Notes under the pieces: model-generated
What the model saw: the letters and a program-made list of their open reading frames with translations, nothing else
Databases searched by the model: none
Told to the model about the DNA's origin: nothing
Position numbers and translations under genes: made by a program
Origin: Bacillota bacterium
GTDB taxonomy: Bacteria > Patescibacteriota > Patescibacteriia > Patescibacteriales > UBA12465
Length of the DNA: 64,000 nt
Assembly (NCBI GenBank): GCA_050259635.1
Contig: JBLNBA010000001.1
Coordinates: 71,329 to 135,328, forward strand
Reading direction: 5' to 3'
In this document: positions 9,447 to 21,540 of the stretch, piece after piece
Layout of the letters: every line of letters begins with the position of its first letter
Position numbering within the stretch: position 1 is the stretch's first letter

Positions 9447-9899
9447 ATGAATTATATTTATATGAATGAATTATCCAACGAACAGTTTCATGTAGGCGTT
9501 TATGGGATTCTTATTAAGGACGGTAAAATCCTATTAATAAAGAAGTCTAGGGGAGCGTATAAAGGAATGTACGATCTACCTGGAGGAGGAATTGAGTTTG
9601 GTGAAAGGATTGAAGAGACGTTAAAGCGTGAATTTTTAGAGGAGACAGGGATTAACCTCAGCACTTACATATTCATAGGAAATAATGAGTATTTTTGCGA
9701 TTATGTTAATGGCTTAGGAGAAAAAAGACGACTGCACCATATCGGAATATATTTTGAAGTGACCGCATCAATTGATAATATAAAGGATTCCCCAGATGGG
9801 CAAGATTCAATGGGTGCCGAGCTCATTGAATTACCAAATATTAATTCGCTTAAAGTGGCGCCTATTGCACTTCAGATGATTAACAAAAAATTAATTTAA
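9447..9899 (+). CDS. NUDIX hydrolase
   Basis: Nudix box GGGIEFGERIEETLKREFLEETG. ATG 9447 is preferred because the track start at 9312 lies inside tRNA-Gly. Confidence 0.8.
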   Translation: MNYIYMNELSNEQFHVGVYGILIKDGKILLIKKSRGAYKGMYDLPGGGIEFGERIEETLKREFLEETGINLSTYIFIGNNEYFCDYVNGLGEKRRLHHIGIYFEVTASIDNIKDSPDGQDSMGAELIELPNINSLKVAPIALQMINKKLI

Positions 9900-9955
9900 T
9901 TGACTTTTTCCTTATTTTACGCTATAAATAGCACATAATATCTAATTACATTGCC

Positions 9956-10510
9956 ATGCGCATCAAATTCCATCGCGTCGAACAGAAAGAAAAGAAGTTT
10001 TTCCGCTCAAATTCGCAAATACGAAGCGAGGAAGTTTTTTTAATCGATGAAACCGGAGAAAACGTCGGTGTAATGACTACAAGGGAAGCTATTGATCGGG
10101 CAAAGGAGCTGGATCTAGACCTTGTGGAGGTAAACCCTAAAGCAAATCCCCCAGTAGCTAAGATCGTAGATCTTGGGCAACTCAAATACGAGCATGAAAA
10201 GAAGCTGCATCGTCAGAAGGTGATGCAGAAGAAGATTGATACCAAGGTAGTGCGCTTATCTTTCAGGATCAGCGAGCATGATTTCAATTTTCGCCTGATG
10301 CAAGCGGAAAAGTTCTTGCTTAAAGAGAATAAGCTTAAGGTCGAGTTGATTTTACGCGGTCGCGAGCGCCAATATCCGCAAAAAGGACGAGAAATCATCG
10401 ATAATTTTGTGGCTAAGCTTAGACAAATAGAAGGACTCAATATTGAGATTGAACAACCCTTGACAAATCAAGGGGGAAGATTTACTATGGTGTTGATGAA
10501 TAAGAAGTAG
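9956..10510 (+). CDS. infC: translation initiation factor IF-3
   Basis: IRSEEVFLIDETGENVGVMTT and ANPPVAKIVDLGQLKYE. First gene of the infC-rpmI-rplT operon order. Uses a canonical ATG here. Confidence 0.9.
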   Translation: MRIKFHRVEQKEKKFFRSNSQIRSEEVFLIDETGENVGVMTTREAIDRAKELDLDLVEVNPKANPPVAKIVDLGQLKYEHEKKLHRQKVMQKKIDTKVVRLSFRISEHDFNFRLMQAEKFLLKENKLKVELILRGRERQYPQKGREIIDNFVAKLRQIEGLNIEIEQPLTNQGGRFTMVLMNKK

Positions 10511-10555
10511 GATTTTTTATCATCCAGGTGTTACGCCTGTTTTTTTATCAATTTT

Positions 10556-10753
10556 ATGCCGAAAATCAAGACTCATCAGGCTACTGCCAAGCGTTTCCGC
10601 CTCACCGCTACCTCTAAGATTAAAAAGAGAAAAGCCGGTCAGGATCATTTCAATTCTCGTGAAACCGGCAATACCAAGCGTGCTAAGCGTTTGGATATCA
10701 GCGCTGATGCGACTTTAGCAAAAACCATTAAGACTTTGACCCCGTATCGATAA
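10556..10753 (+). CDS. rpmI: ribosomal protein bL35
   Basis: MPKIKTHQATAKRFRLT. 65 aa. Confidence 0.95.
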   Translation: MPKIKTHQATAKRFRLTATSKIKKRKAGQDHFNSRETGNTKRAKRLDISADATLAKTIKTLTPYR

Positions 10754-10776
10754 GATGCGGCTTTAGCTAATCCAAT

Positions 10777-11124
10777 ATGCCAAGAGTAAAAAGAGGTACC
10801 ACTCATGTAAAAAAACGCCGCAAACTGTTACAGCAGGTTAAGGGCTACAAATGGGGCCGCAAGAACCTGATTAAGCTGGCAAAAACTGCCCGCACCAAGG
10901 CCGGAGCACATGCTTTCCGTGACCGCCGCAAGAAGAAGCGCGATATGCGTGCTGCCTGGCAGATCAAGATCAATGCCTTTGTCCGTGAACATGGATATTC
11001 TTATTCTCGTTTCATGGGCGCCTTAAAGGCCGCTGGCGTTACCGTGGATCGCAAGATCCTGGCCGATCTCGCCGTCAACAATAAGAAAGTTTTGGCGGAA
11101 ATGATCGCCGGTCTCAAGAAATAA
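10777..11124 (+). CDS. rplT: ribosomal protein bL20
   Basis: MPRVKRGTTHVKKRRKLLQQVKGYKWGR. 115 aa. Confidence 0.95.
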   Translation: MPRVKRGTTHVKKRRKLLQQVKGYKWGRKNLIKLAKTARTKAGAHAFRDRRKKKRDMRAAWQIKINAFVREHGYSYSRFMGALKAAGVTVDRKILADLAVNNKKVLAEMIAGLKK

Positions 11125-11130
11125 TCGAAT

Positions 11131-11343
11131 ATGGACTGGATCAAAATATCCCAAATCATCGTTTCTATCCTCCTCATCATAGTGATTTTGCTTCAGAATC
11201 GCGGCGCAGGCCTCGGTTCCGCTTTTGGCGGCACTGGTGGCGTTTATCTGACGAAGCGCGGTCTGGAAAAAAAGTTATTCACCGCCACAATTGTGATTGC
11301 GGTGCTCTTCTTCGGCCTGTCTCTGGCCAATTTATTGGCCTAA
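11131..11343 (+). CDS. secG: preprotein translocase subunit SecG
   Basis: 70 aa with two TM helices and the Gly-rich loop LLQNRGAGLGSAFGG. Confidence 0.7.
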   Translation: MDWIKISQIIVSILLIIVILLQNRGAGLGSAFGGTGGVYLTKRGLEKKLFTATIVIAVLFFGLSLANLLA

Positions 11344-11373
11344 GGCCGTCCTTCCGGTTCGTCTCTTTTTGAA

Positions 11374-13317
11374 ATGAATCCTCGAAATATAATCTCAATC
11401 CTGAAAGGAAGCGTCACTGCGTTTTCCCATCTTTTCGTATCACGCATTAAACCCGGTGTTAAATCGGGATATCGCTCCAAAGATGCTTTGCGTGCTCAGG
11501 CGGACAAGAATCTAGTTTATTCACTTGCACCGACAAAGATCCCGCGGCGTACACAGATAACACATCTTTCTAAACTGCTTGATCCTCGGGAGAAAATCAT
11601 CCTGAAAGTATCAGCGCTTTTGCTCGCTTTGAGCCTAGGTTATCTTGGCTATCGCTTTTATAACCAGAATCTCGTTCTCATTCCTAAAGCGGGAGGAACA
11701 TATAGCGAAGGAATTGTGGGCTATCCGCAGGCGATTAATCCGCTTTATGCCTCGAACCGCGACGTGGATGCGGACCTGACCCGCCTTATTTATTCTAGCC
11801 TTTTTAGTTACGATCCTTCTGGCCGTCTGGCGTCCGATTTGGCCTCTGGTTGGATTATCGAGGATGCAGGTAAATCATACACCGTTACTCTACGTGAAGG
11901 TGCGAAGTGGCAGACGGGAGAGCCGGTGACGGTTGAGGATGTGATCTTCACTTTCAATTTGATCAAGACTCCGGAATATCGTTCTCCTTTGCGGGCGAGC
12001 CTGAATGGAGCGGAGATTGAGCGGGTCGATGATCGGAGCGTGAGATTCAAGCTTTCTGAGCCCTATGCAGATTTTTTAAGCTTGCTCACTTTCGGTATCA
12101 TGCCGCAAAATGCTTGGGAAAATATATTACCCGAAGCAGCTCCTCTTTCCGAATTAAATCTGAAGCCGATCGGTTCCGGTCCGTACATGTTCCTCTCGCT
12201 GATCAAGAACAAGGGAGGAGCGATGCGCGAATACCATTTAGTGGCTAATCCCGAGTATTATGGTGTGAAGCCATACATCGGAGAGCTTATCATCAAGTTT
12301 TATCCTGATTATAATGAGCTCGTTCGTGCTCTCAATGCTAATGAAATCGACGGCGCGAGCTATGTGCCGGATGATTTAATGAGAGATTTAGTGGCCAAGC
12401 ACTCCCTGAACATCCATCGCCTCCGCCTGCCTCAGATTAATGCGATATTTTTCAATACTTCAAAGAACAAGGCTTTATCCAATTTGAAAGTGAGACAGGG
12501 CTTGGCTTATGCCATTGACCGGGAGCGCTTGATCGGAGAGGCGCTTGAGGGTGGAGGAAGCTTAATTGATGGACCGATTATTGCCGATGACTACGTTGCC
12601 GTCCCGGAAGCGAATCGCTTCGCTTTTGATCGCGCTAAAGCGGAACAGCTTTTGGAGGAAAGCGGATACAAGAGAGTGGATATAACTCCGGAAGTATTAG
12701 CGGCGACCGAAAAGAGCGCAGATGTATCTGCTGTGATTTCCTATGCGTCGTCCTCAAAGATGGAAGCGATTGGTTATTGGCGCTATTCCAGTGCGGATAA
12801 GCAGGTATTGGCAATTAAGCTTTCTATCCCTGAAACGGGAAAGATTGAAGCGGCAGAGAGTATAAAATCAGATTGGGAAGCGGTGGGCGTTAGGGTAACG
12901 ATAGATAAAGCAGCGGCCTCCTCAGTAAGTTCGGACTTGGTTTCATCCCATAATTTCGAAGCCTTCCTGTATGGACAGGTAGTCGGTTCCGAGCCGGACA
13001 TCTCATCATTTTGGAGTTCGTCTCGCATCGGCGGACAAGGGCTGAATCTGGCAGGATATAATAACCAAACGGTAGACAATTTACTCACTGAAGCCCGGCA
13101 GACGGATAATATCGATCAAAGAATAGAAAAATATACCAAGATACAGGAGCTCATAACCGGCGATGTACCGGCAATCTTCCTCTATGCCCCGAGTTATAAT
13201 TATGTGCAGGCAAAGCGCGTCCGCGGCGTTTCCTCAACGGCCGTGAATGAGCCGAATGACCGTTTTGCCGGCATTTCCGATTGGTATTTAAAGACTAAAA
13301 AACGGATTGCCTGGTAA
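11374..13317 (+). CDS. family-5 (peptide/nickel, OppA/DppA-like) ABC substrate-binding protein, TM-anchored
   Basis: 647 aa. SBP_bac_5-type core (YSEGIVGYPQAINPLYA, TFNLIKTPEYRSP) behind an N-terminal TM helix. No permease or ATPase genes adjacent. Confidence 0.75.
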   Translation: MNPRNIISILKGSVTAFSHLFVSRIKPGVKSGYRSKDALRAQADKNLVYSLAPTKIPRRTQITHLSKLLDPREKIILKVSALLLALSLGYLGYRFYNQNLVLIPKAGGTYSEGIVGYPQAINPLYASNRDVDADLTRLIYSSLFSYDPSGRLASDLASGWIIEDAGKSYTVTLREGAKWQTGEPVTVEDVIFTFNLIKTPEYRSPLRASLNGAEIERVDDRSVRFKLSEPYADFLSLLTFGIMPQNAWENILPEAAPLSELNLKPIGSGPYMFLSLIKNKGGAMREYHLVANPEYYGVKPYIGELIIKFYPDYNELVRALNANEIDGASYVPDDLMRDLVAKHSLNIHRLRLPQINAIFFNTSKNKALSNLKVRQGLAYAIDRERLIGEALEGGGSLIDGPIIADDYVAVPEANRFAFDRAKAEQLLEESGYKRVDITPEVLAATEKSADVSAVISYASSSKMEAIGYWRYSSADKQVLAIKLSIPETGKIEAAESIKSDWEAVGVRVTIDKAAASSVSSDLVSSHNFEAFLYGQVVGSEPDISSFWSSSRIGGQGLNLAGYNNQTVDNLLTEARQTDNIDQRIEKYTKIQELITGDVPAIFLYAPSYNYVQAKRVRGVSSTAVNEPNDRFAGISDWYLKTKKRIAW

Positions 13318-13426
13318 GGCATCCATTACTCATAATCGAGGCTTCGGCCTCATAACATGATTGAAAATTTATTAGGTAGGGGCCTGCGTGGCCCCCTGAT
13401 CTGTGAATTTTTAATTTTCAATCCTA

Positions 13427-15238
13427 ATGATAACTAGATTTAAGCCTGGCATCACTGCCAGCAAAGAAAGCGGTCGCCCGAGCGCGCCCGCACCTGTAGC
13501 GCCGAAAAGGCGTTTCCGGCCCCAAGCTCGGCCTACTACCCTTATAAAGAATGACAAGGGCGATTATCTGAAAGTAATGGTTTTGGGCGGACTCGAAGAA
13601 GTCGGACGCAACATGACCCTTATTGAATGCAACCGGGAAATCATTATTATCGACATGGGGCTGCAATTTCCTGAAGAGGACATGCCCGGTATTGATTATA
13701 TAATTCCTAACGTCTCTTATTTAAGGGACAAGGCTGACTGGATCAAAGGTGTCGTCATCACCCATGGCCATTACGATCACATCGGAGCTATTCCCCATAT
13801 CATGGGTGAAATTGGTAATCCGCCGATGTTTATGGGCAAGATGACCGCCGGTTTGGTTCGTAAGCGCCATCTGGAACATAAGAATGCCCCGGTCCTTAAG
13901 ATAAAGGAAATCGATGAAAATGTCGTCGTCCAATTGGGCGCTTCTTTCCGAGTGGAGTTCACGCGCGTCAACCATTCCATACCTGATTGTTTTGCCGTTA
14001 TCGCCAATACTCCTCTCGGGACGATATTGCATACCGGCGATTTCAAGATCGATTTCACGCCGGTCAATGACAAACCGGCAGACCTCCAGCGCATCGCGCA
14101 AATCGGAAACCGCGGAATCTTGATGCTGATGTCCGATTCCACGGATGCCACTCATCCGGGCTACCAGATTTCTGAGTCTGCGATCGGAGAAGAGATGGGC
14201 AAGCTCTTTGAGAAGATAGATGGCCGCATTATTATCGGCACTTTTGCTTCCCAGATTAGCCGCGTCCAAAAGATTCTCGATCTTGCTAAAAAATATGGCC
14301 GCCGCGTAAGTCTTCAGGGCAGGAGTATGAATGCCAACGTCGAGATTGCGCACCAGATCGGTTATCTTAAATTTGACCCCAAGATCCTCATTGATGATAA
14401 GGAGCTTAACCGCTTACCGGATAATAAGATAATGATCATCGGTACGGGGGCACAAGGAGAAGACAATGCTTTCCTGAGCAGAGTGGTCAACGGTGAACAT
14501 CGCGTTGTATCACTCAAGCATGGCGACACCGTCCTTTTCTCTTCTTCCGTAATTCCTGGAAACGAGCGCTCCATTCAAAATCTTATGGATATGGTTGTCC
14601 GACAGGGTGCTAAGATCATCCATTACCGGATGCTCGATATCCATGCCGGAGGACATGCCAAGGCGGAAGACCTAAAGCTCATGATGCGCTTATTGAAACC
14701 GGAATATTTCATGCCGATCGAAGCTAACCATTATATGCTTCGCGCCCATGCGGAACTTGCCGAACAGGTGGGGATCAAGACGGAAAATATCTTTGTTGCC
14801 GATAATGGCCAGATCGTACACTTTAAGAAGAATGCCCAAGGAAATACGGTTGGCGAGCTCACTAAGGAAAAGGTTCCCACTGATTATGTCATGGTGGACG
14901 GGCTTGGTGTCGGCGATGTCTCCGAAGTAGTATTGCGCGATCGCTTGATGATGGCTGGCGACGGCATGATCGTAATCATTGCTACTATCGACGCCAAGAC
15001 GGGAAATATCATCGGTAACCCCGATATCATTTCCCGCGGCTTCATCTATATGAAGGAAAGCCGGGACTTGATCGAGAAGACTCGATCCAGAGTGAAGAAT
15101 ATCGTCAAAGATAAGAATCCTATGACTCCGGCCGATGATGACTTTATCAAGAATAAGATTAGAAATGATGTCGGTCAGTTTCTCTTCGCTCAGACGAAGA
15201 GGCGCCCGATGGTCCTGCCGGTAGTAATTAAAGTGTAA
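13427..15238 (+). CDS. rnj: ribonuclease J
   Basis: Metallo-beta-lactamase motif VITHGHYDHIGA, plus beta-CASP and C-terminal domains. Has a ~50-aa basic N-terminal extension if ATG 13427 is used. Confidence 0.9.
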   Translation: MITRFKPGITASKESGRPSAPAPVAPKRRFRPQARPTTLIKNDKGDYLKVMVLGGLEEVGRNMTLIECNREIIIIDMGLQFPEEDMPGIDYIIPNVSYLRDKADWIKGVVITHGHYDHIGAIPHIMGEIGNPPMFMGKMTAGLVRKRHLEHKNAPVLKIKEIDENVVVQLGASFRVEFTRVNHSIPDCFAVIANTPLGTILHTGDFKIDFTPVNDKPADLQRIAQIGNRGILMLMSDSTDATHPGYQISESAIGEEMGKLFEKIDGRIIIGTFASQISRVQKILDLAKKYGRRVSLQGRSMNANVEIAHQIGYLKFDPKILIDDKELNRLPDNKIMIIGTGAQGEDNAFLSRVVNGEHRVVSLKHGDTVLFSSSVIPGNERSIQNLMDMVVRQGAKIIHYRMLDIHAGGHAKAEDLKLMMRLLKPEYFMPIEANHYMLRAHAELAEQVGIKTENIFVADNGQIVHFKKNAQGNTVGELTKEKVPTDYVMVDGLGVGDVSEVVLRDRLMMAGDGMIVIIATIDAKTGNIIGNPDIISRGFIYMKESRDLIEKTRSRVKNIVKDKNPMTPADDDFIKNKIRNDVGQFLFAQTKRRPMVLPVVIKV

Positions 15239-15254
15239 TCCCAGACCTATTTAA

Positions 15255-15287
15255 ACAGAGGAAGAGCTTGACTCTTCCTCTGTTTTG
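15255..15287 (+). terminator. intrinsic terminator after rnj
   Basis: 11-bp stem cagaggaagag/ctcttcctctg followed by TTTT. Confidence 0.65.
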
Positions 15288-15305
15288 TTATAAGCTGTAC
15301 GAGCA

Positions 15306-15334
15306 TTGAAAAATGAATACTCACCTATTATAAT
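15306..15334 (+). promoter_or_regulatory. sigma70-type promoter for rpsA
   Basis: TTGAAA, 17 nt spacer, TATAAT. Leaves a ~80-nt structured leader (cagggcgc/gcgcctg hairpin) before ATG 15418. Confidence 0.6.
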
Positions 15335-15417
15335 CTCCCGGATTCAGGGCGCAATAAGCGCCTGAGGTGGCTGGGGGGCTGGTCCGTAAGAGCCGGTTAA
15401 GTATCTTTTTTATTTAT

Positions 15418-16590
15418 ATGCCAAAAGAACAGGTAAATACTTCTTTCGCCGATTTGATAGAGAAGGACGGGGTTAAAGTCCCTCAGGTCGGAGACGTTAT
15501 CAAGGGAACCGTTATCACCGCTTCTAAGTCGGAGGTAAAACTGGATATCGATGGCGTCCTCATGGGCGTTGTCCGCGGTCCTGAGCTCTATGTAGAGGTG
15601 GAAGAATATTCCAATCTTAAGCCGGGAGATCAGATCGAAGCGGCCGTGATCGATGCAGAAAACGAAGCCGGCCAGCTTGAGTTATCTTTCCGCCAGGTTG
15701 GACAGGAGAAGGCTTGGAATAAACTCCGTGAAGCGTTCAAAGAACGCAGTACTGTTAAGATCCGCATCATTGATGCTAACAAGGGCGGCTTATTAGCACG
15801 CTATTGCCAGATTAATGGCTTCTTGCCGGTATCTCAGCTCGCTCCTGAAAATTATCCCCGCATCAGCGGCGGCGATAAGAGCAAGATCCTTGAGAAGCTC
15901 AAGACTTTTGTCGGCCGTGATTTTGAGGTGAACGTCATCACTTTGAATGAAGATGAGAATAAGATAATTTTTAGCGAGAAGGATGTCTGGAACAAGAAGC
16001 AAAAGCCGGCTTTGGACCGTTATAATGTCGGAATGATTGTCGATGGTCGCGTCACGGCCATTACCAGCTTCGGCGTCTTTTTAAACTTTGACGACGGTAT
16101 GGAAGGCTTGATCCATATTTCCGAGATTGCCTGGCAGAGAATCGATTCTCCGAGCGAACTCTTCAAGGTGGGAGATCATGTTAAGGCAGAAATCGTAAGC
16201 ATCGATGGCAGCAAGATCTTCCTCAGCTCTAAGAAGCTGCAGAAGGATCCTTGGCAGGAAGCGAGTGCGAAATATAGTATCGGCCAGACCGTATCTGGCT
16301 TGATCGTAAAGATTAATCCCTTCGGCCTTTTCGTTAAGCTCGACGAGGAAATCCACGGTCTCGCCCATATCAGCCAGCTCAATGTCACCGCTAAGGATAA
16401 GATCAGCGAAATGTTCCATGCCGGCGAAACTCGCGACTTTGAAATCGTAAGCATTTCCCCATCCGAACATCGTTTAGGTCTAAAGCTTTCCGGTGTGGAG
16501 GGAGAAAAGCCGGCCAAGAAGCGTGCCACTAAAGAAAAAGAAGAAGCCGGAGAAACGAAAGAAGAAGTGAAGGCAGAGGAAACAGAATAA
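15418..16590 (+). CDS. rpsA: ribosomal protein bS1 (four S1 domains)
   Basis: Repeated S1 motifs (GDVIKGTVI, GMIVDGRVTAITSFGVFL, GQTVSGLIVKINPFGLFV) and an acidic tail. ATG 15418 is preferred over GTG 15367. Confidence 0.85.
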   Translation: MPKEQVNTSFADLIEKDGVKVPQVGDVIKGTVITASKSEVKLDIDGVLMGVVRGPELYVEVEEYSNLKPGDQIEAAVIDAENEAGQLELSFRQVGQEKAWNKLREAFKERSTVKIRIIDANKGGLLARYCQINGFLPVSQLAPENYPRISGGDKSKILEKLKTFVGRDFEVNVITLNEDENKIIFSEKDVWNKKQKPALDRYNVGMIVDGRVTAITSFGVFLNFDDGMEGLIHISEIAWQRIDSPSELFKVGDHVKAEIVSIDGSKIFLSSKKLQKDPWQEASAKYSIGQTVSGLIVKINPFGLFVKLDEEIHGLAHISQLNVTAKDKISEMFHAGETRDFEIVSISPSEHRLGLKLSGVEGEKPAKKRATKEKEEAGETKEEVKAEETE

Positions 16591-16616
16591 TCCCCATAAT
16601 AACTGTATTGATTTAA

Positions 16617-16640
16617 AAGAGTCCGGAAACGGGCTCTTTT
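16617..16640 (+). terminator. intrinsic terminator after rpsA
   Basis: Stem agagtccg/cgggctct with a GAAA loop and T-run. Confidence 0.6.
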
Positions 16641-16677
16641 AAATAATTAGGGTTGATCAGAGATTAAACAATTAGTC

Positions 16678-16706
16678 TTGCCAAAACTGCGTAATAGTTA
16701 TATAAT
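16678..16706 (+). promoter_or_regulatory. sigma70-type promoter for ftsH
   Basis: TTGCCA, 17 nt spacer, TATAAT. Confidence 0.6.
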
Positions 16707-16750
16707 AAGGGTTACGATATAAGTAAAAATTTGCATACTTTCGAATAAAT

Positions 16751-18577
<1,827 letters not shown>

Positions 18578-18586
18578 GCCTAGAAT

Positions 18587-18614
18587 TTGACTAATATCAG
18601 TTTTTGGTTATACT
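18587..18614 (+). promoter_or_regulatory. sigma70-type promoter for rpmF-nusB
   Basis: TTGACT, 16 nt spacer, TATACT. Confidence 0.5.
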
Positions 18615-18678
18615 AAAATCAGATAAATAATAAATCTGCGAGTAATTTTGTTAAAATTCTCCAAAGAAAGCGAAATAT

Positions 18679-18885
18679 ATGGCTAATCCAAAGAAAAGAA
18701 AATCCTCAAGCGCTGTCCGCACTAATCGTGCTCACCAAGCCTTGGATAAAATGGCTTTAGACAAATGCCCTCAGTGCGGCAAAGCTAAGCTTCCTCATGT
18801 TGTCTGCAATTTTTGCGGTACATATCGCGGACGCCAGATCCTTAAAGTGGCAGTTGCCCCAGTAAAGGCAAAGGCTAAGAAATAA
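18679..18885 (+). CDS. rpmF: ribosomal protein bL32
   Basis: MANPKKRKSSSAVRTNRAH and the zinc ribbon CPQCG...CNFCG. Confidence 0.9.
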   Translation: MANPKKRKSSSAVRTNRAHQALDKMALDKCPQCGKAKLPHVVCNFCGTYRGRQILKVAVAPVKAKAKK

Positions 18886-18888
18886 GCT

Positions 18889-19407
18889 ATGTCAAATCGC
18901 CATTTAGCGAGAACTATCGCCCTCCAGACATTGTTTGCCTGGGATTTTAATGGCAAGAATGGGCAGAATACTGACACTTTAATGCAGGATAACTTCACGA
19001 ATTTTGCCCCGAACTTCGATGATGGCGGTTTCGTGAGCCAGTTGGTAAATGGCGTCATCGAACACTTAACTGAAATCGATGCTCAGATTGTCAGGTTTGC
19101 AACTGAATGGCCCCTTGATCAAATTACGACCATTGACCGCAATATCCTCCGTTTGGGTATCTTCGAGCTTGTCTATACGGAAATTCCTCCCCGCGTCGCC
19201 ATTAATGAAGCGATCGAAGTGGCAAAAAGTTTTGGGGGGGATGCCTCGGGAAAGTTTATAAACGGCGTGTTAGGTGCAATATATAACTCTTGGCCGGAAG
19301 AAGATAAAAAGAAACGTGATAACCATTGGGATAAGGATCAAGGTGACAAAGAAACGGAAACGGGAAGCACGGAAGCGAGCGAGCCGGTTTCCGGCACCGA
19401 TGAATAA
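18889..19407 (+). CDS. nusB: transcription antitermination factor NusB
   Basis: [17 protein letters not shown] and [13 protein letters not shown]. Has a ~35-aa acidic C-terminal extension. Confidence 0.85.
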   Translation: MSNRHLARTIALQTLFAWDFNGKNGQNTDTLMQDNFTNFAPNFDDGGFVSQLVNGVIEHLTEIDAQIVRFATEWPLDQITTIDRNILRLGIFELVYTEIPPRVAINEAIEVAKSFGGDASGKFINGVLGAIYNSWPEEDKKKRDNHWDKDQGDKETETGSTEASEPVSGTDE

Positions 19408-19523
19408 TGATACTAGCTTATATAATGCCCGCGCTATCCGCGGGCTTTATTGAATAAATTGCGAGACGGTTTGGCAGCGGCTCCGAATGGAGCCGATGCG
19501 ATATCGTCCCGTGATGGGAAAAT

Positions 19524-20216
19524 ATGCCAGAACTAAGTAATTTGCAAAAGATCTTAGGCTTTAAATTCAAGGACCCTAACATCCTCCGTCAGGCAATGGT
19601 CCACCGTTCTTATTTAAACGAGCATCCTGAATTTGCGAGCGGACATAATGAGCGCCTGGAATTCTTGGGCGATGCCGTGTTGGAGATCGTTGTGACCGAG
19701 CATCTCTATCTCAATTATCCGGATATGCCCGAAGGAGATCTCACGAATTGGCGGGCCGCTTTAGTGAACGCTAAAATGCTCCATGTAATTGCCGAGGAGA
19801 TCGGGCTGGAGGAATACCTATATCTTTCAAGGGGAGAAGCGAAGGATAAGAATAAGAAATCGCGCCATTATATATTGGCGAATGCCGTGGAAGCCTTGAT
19901 TGGCGCCATTTATCTTGATCAAGGGTTGGCAAGGGCAAAGAAATTTATCCTCGATCGCATCGTGATTAAATTGCCGGAGATTTTAAAGACGCAAGCTTAT
20001 CTGGATCCTAAATCACGTTTTCAGGAACAAGCCCAGGAGAAGCAGGGTATTACGCCGAGATATGATATACTAGCTGAAGAGGGTCCTGACCATGCCAAGA
20101 TGTTTACGGTCGGGCTCTATCTTGGTGAAGAACTTATTTCCACGGGGCAGGGGTCTTCCAAGCAAGAGGCTCAAGTAGATGCTGCCGCCAAAGGGCTGAA
20201 GCTTCTCAGTTGGTAA
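19524..20216 (+). CDS. rnc: ribonuclease III
   Basis: Catalytic signature ERLEFLGDAVLE plus a C-terminal dsRBD. Confidence 0.9.
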   Translation: MPELSNLQKILGFKFKDPNILRQAMVHRSYLNEHPEFASGHNERLEFLGDAVLEIVVTEHLYLNYPDMPEGDLTNWRAALVNAKMLHVIAEEIGLEEYLYLSRGEAKDKNKKSRHYILANAVEALIGAIYLDQGLARAKKFILDRIVIKLPEILKTQAYLDPKSRFQEQAQEKQGITPRYDILAEEGPDHAKMFTVGLYLGEELISTGQGSSKQEAQVDAAAKGLKLLSW

Positions 20217-20230
20217 ATTATTAATGTGAT

Positions 20231-21286
20231 ATGGAAATCAAGAAGATCCTTTCCGAGGCGGCTGTCCAAAAGGCCTCGGACATTCATTTAGTATTCGGTT
20301 TACCGCCTATGATCCGTAAAGATGGGGAGTTAGCCGTCTTTATGAGTAGTACAGGTCAAGCATTGCCCGCGGTTGCTGATATTGATCTGGACCAGGCAAT
20401 GAAATCTTTGTTGGATCTTAGCCAGCGCCAGCGTTTTGAAGAGGATAAGGATCTCGATGCGGCCGCTTCGATAGATGAATATAGATATCGTTTGAATTTT
20501 TCCTATGACCGGGGCCATATAAAATTAGCTGCCCGAGTCGTTGATAGTCACAAACCTACCTTGGAAGAGATCGGGATGCCTGAATCCGTCAGACACTTGT
20601 TAGATCTTCCTCAGGGATTAATCTTGGTTACCGGCCCGACCGGTTGCGGAAAGTCTGCTACTTTAGCAGCGATGATAAATCACATCAATCAGGAACGGTC
20701 CTGCCATATCATTACCCTAGAGGATCCGATTGAGTATCTTTTTACCTCGGATAAGAGTGTTATTTCGCAGAGACAACTCGGTGAGGATATGGTTTCTTTT
20801 TCCGAAGGCTTAAAGCATTGTCTGCGCCAGGATCCGGATGTGATCATGGTGGGTGAGATGCGCGACCTTGAAACGATCTCCACGGCTATAACCTTGGCGG
20901 AAACCGGTCATCTGGTTTTAGCTACTTTGCATACTTTTAACTCCGCTCAGACTATTGACCGCATCATTGATACTTTCCCCGCCGATCAGCAATCACAAAT
21001 CCGCTCGCAACTTTCCATGATTTTGGCGGGGGTGATTTCACAACGCCTTTTGGCTCGGCAAAGCGGCGGCCGCATCGCGGCTCGGGAGGTAATGTTGAAA
21101 AATAGTGCGATTTCTAATCTTATCCGAGAGAACAAGATTGCGCAGATAAAAACAGTCTTAGAGACCAATATCCAAAATGGGATGACTACGCTTGACCGGC
21201 ACTTAAAACAGCTATATCAGGCGGGAGAAATCTCGAAGGAAACAGCCCTGGAATACATAGAGGAGGCAAGCTTCCTCGAATCTTAA
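20231..21286 (+). CDS. pilT: type IV pilus retraction ATPase PilT
   Basis: Walker A GPTGCGKSATLAAM and ITLEDPIEY. 351 aa, which is PilT size and lacks a PilB-type N-domain. Confidence 0.85.
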   Translation: MEIKKILSEAAVQKASDIHLVFGLPPMIRKDGELAVFMSSTGQALPAVADIDLDQAMKSLLDLSQRQRFEEDKDLDAAASIDEYRYRLNFSYDRGHIKLAARVVDSHKPTLEEIGMPESVRHLLDLPQGLILVTGPTGCGKSATLAAMINHINQERSCHIITLEDPIEYLFTSDKSVISQRQLGEDMVSFSEGLKHCLRQDPDVIMVGEMRDLETISTAITLAETGHLVLATLHTFNSAQTIDRIIDTFPADQQSQIRSQLSMILAGVISQRLLARQSGGRIAAREVMLKNSAISNLIRENKIAQIKTVLETNIQNGMTTLDRHLKQLYQAGEISKETALEYIEEASFLES

Positions 21287-21319
21287 AATATCAACGAAAA
21301 TAAGCTGTTTTATTAGGGC

Positions 21320-21347
21320 TTGACATATTTTTTTAAAGCCTTATAAT
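21320..21347 (+). promoter_or_regulatory. near-consensus sigma70 promoter upstream of 23S
   Basis: TTGACA, 16 nt spacer, TATAAT, ~345 nt upstream of the 23S 5' end. Confidence 0.6.
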
Positions 21348-21443
21348 TAGTATCAGTTTTTACAAATAGCCTATGCGTATTTATTCTAGAGAGTATAAAC
21401 TCAAGCGGTTATAAGATAATTTGCTATTTTGCGATTATCTTGG

Positions 21444-21465
21444 AACCGCGGCCTCGCGGTTTTTT
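21444..21465 (+). terminator. terminator-like hairpin in the rrn leader
   Basis: Stem aaccgcg/cgcggtt with a 4-nt loop, followed by TTTTT. Confidence 0.45.
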
Positions 21466-21540
21466 GGACCTCTAGAAAAATGATTAAATATATCTTTGCC
21501 TTTACGAGCTTCGGCTGGCAGGGGCAAAGTAATATTTAAT

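Noticed and set aside
13721-14353. 210-aa minus-strand ORF inside rnj
   Set aside because: It is antisense to the RNase J metallo-beta-lactamase domain and has no independent signals.
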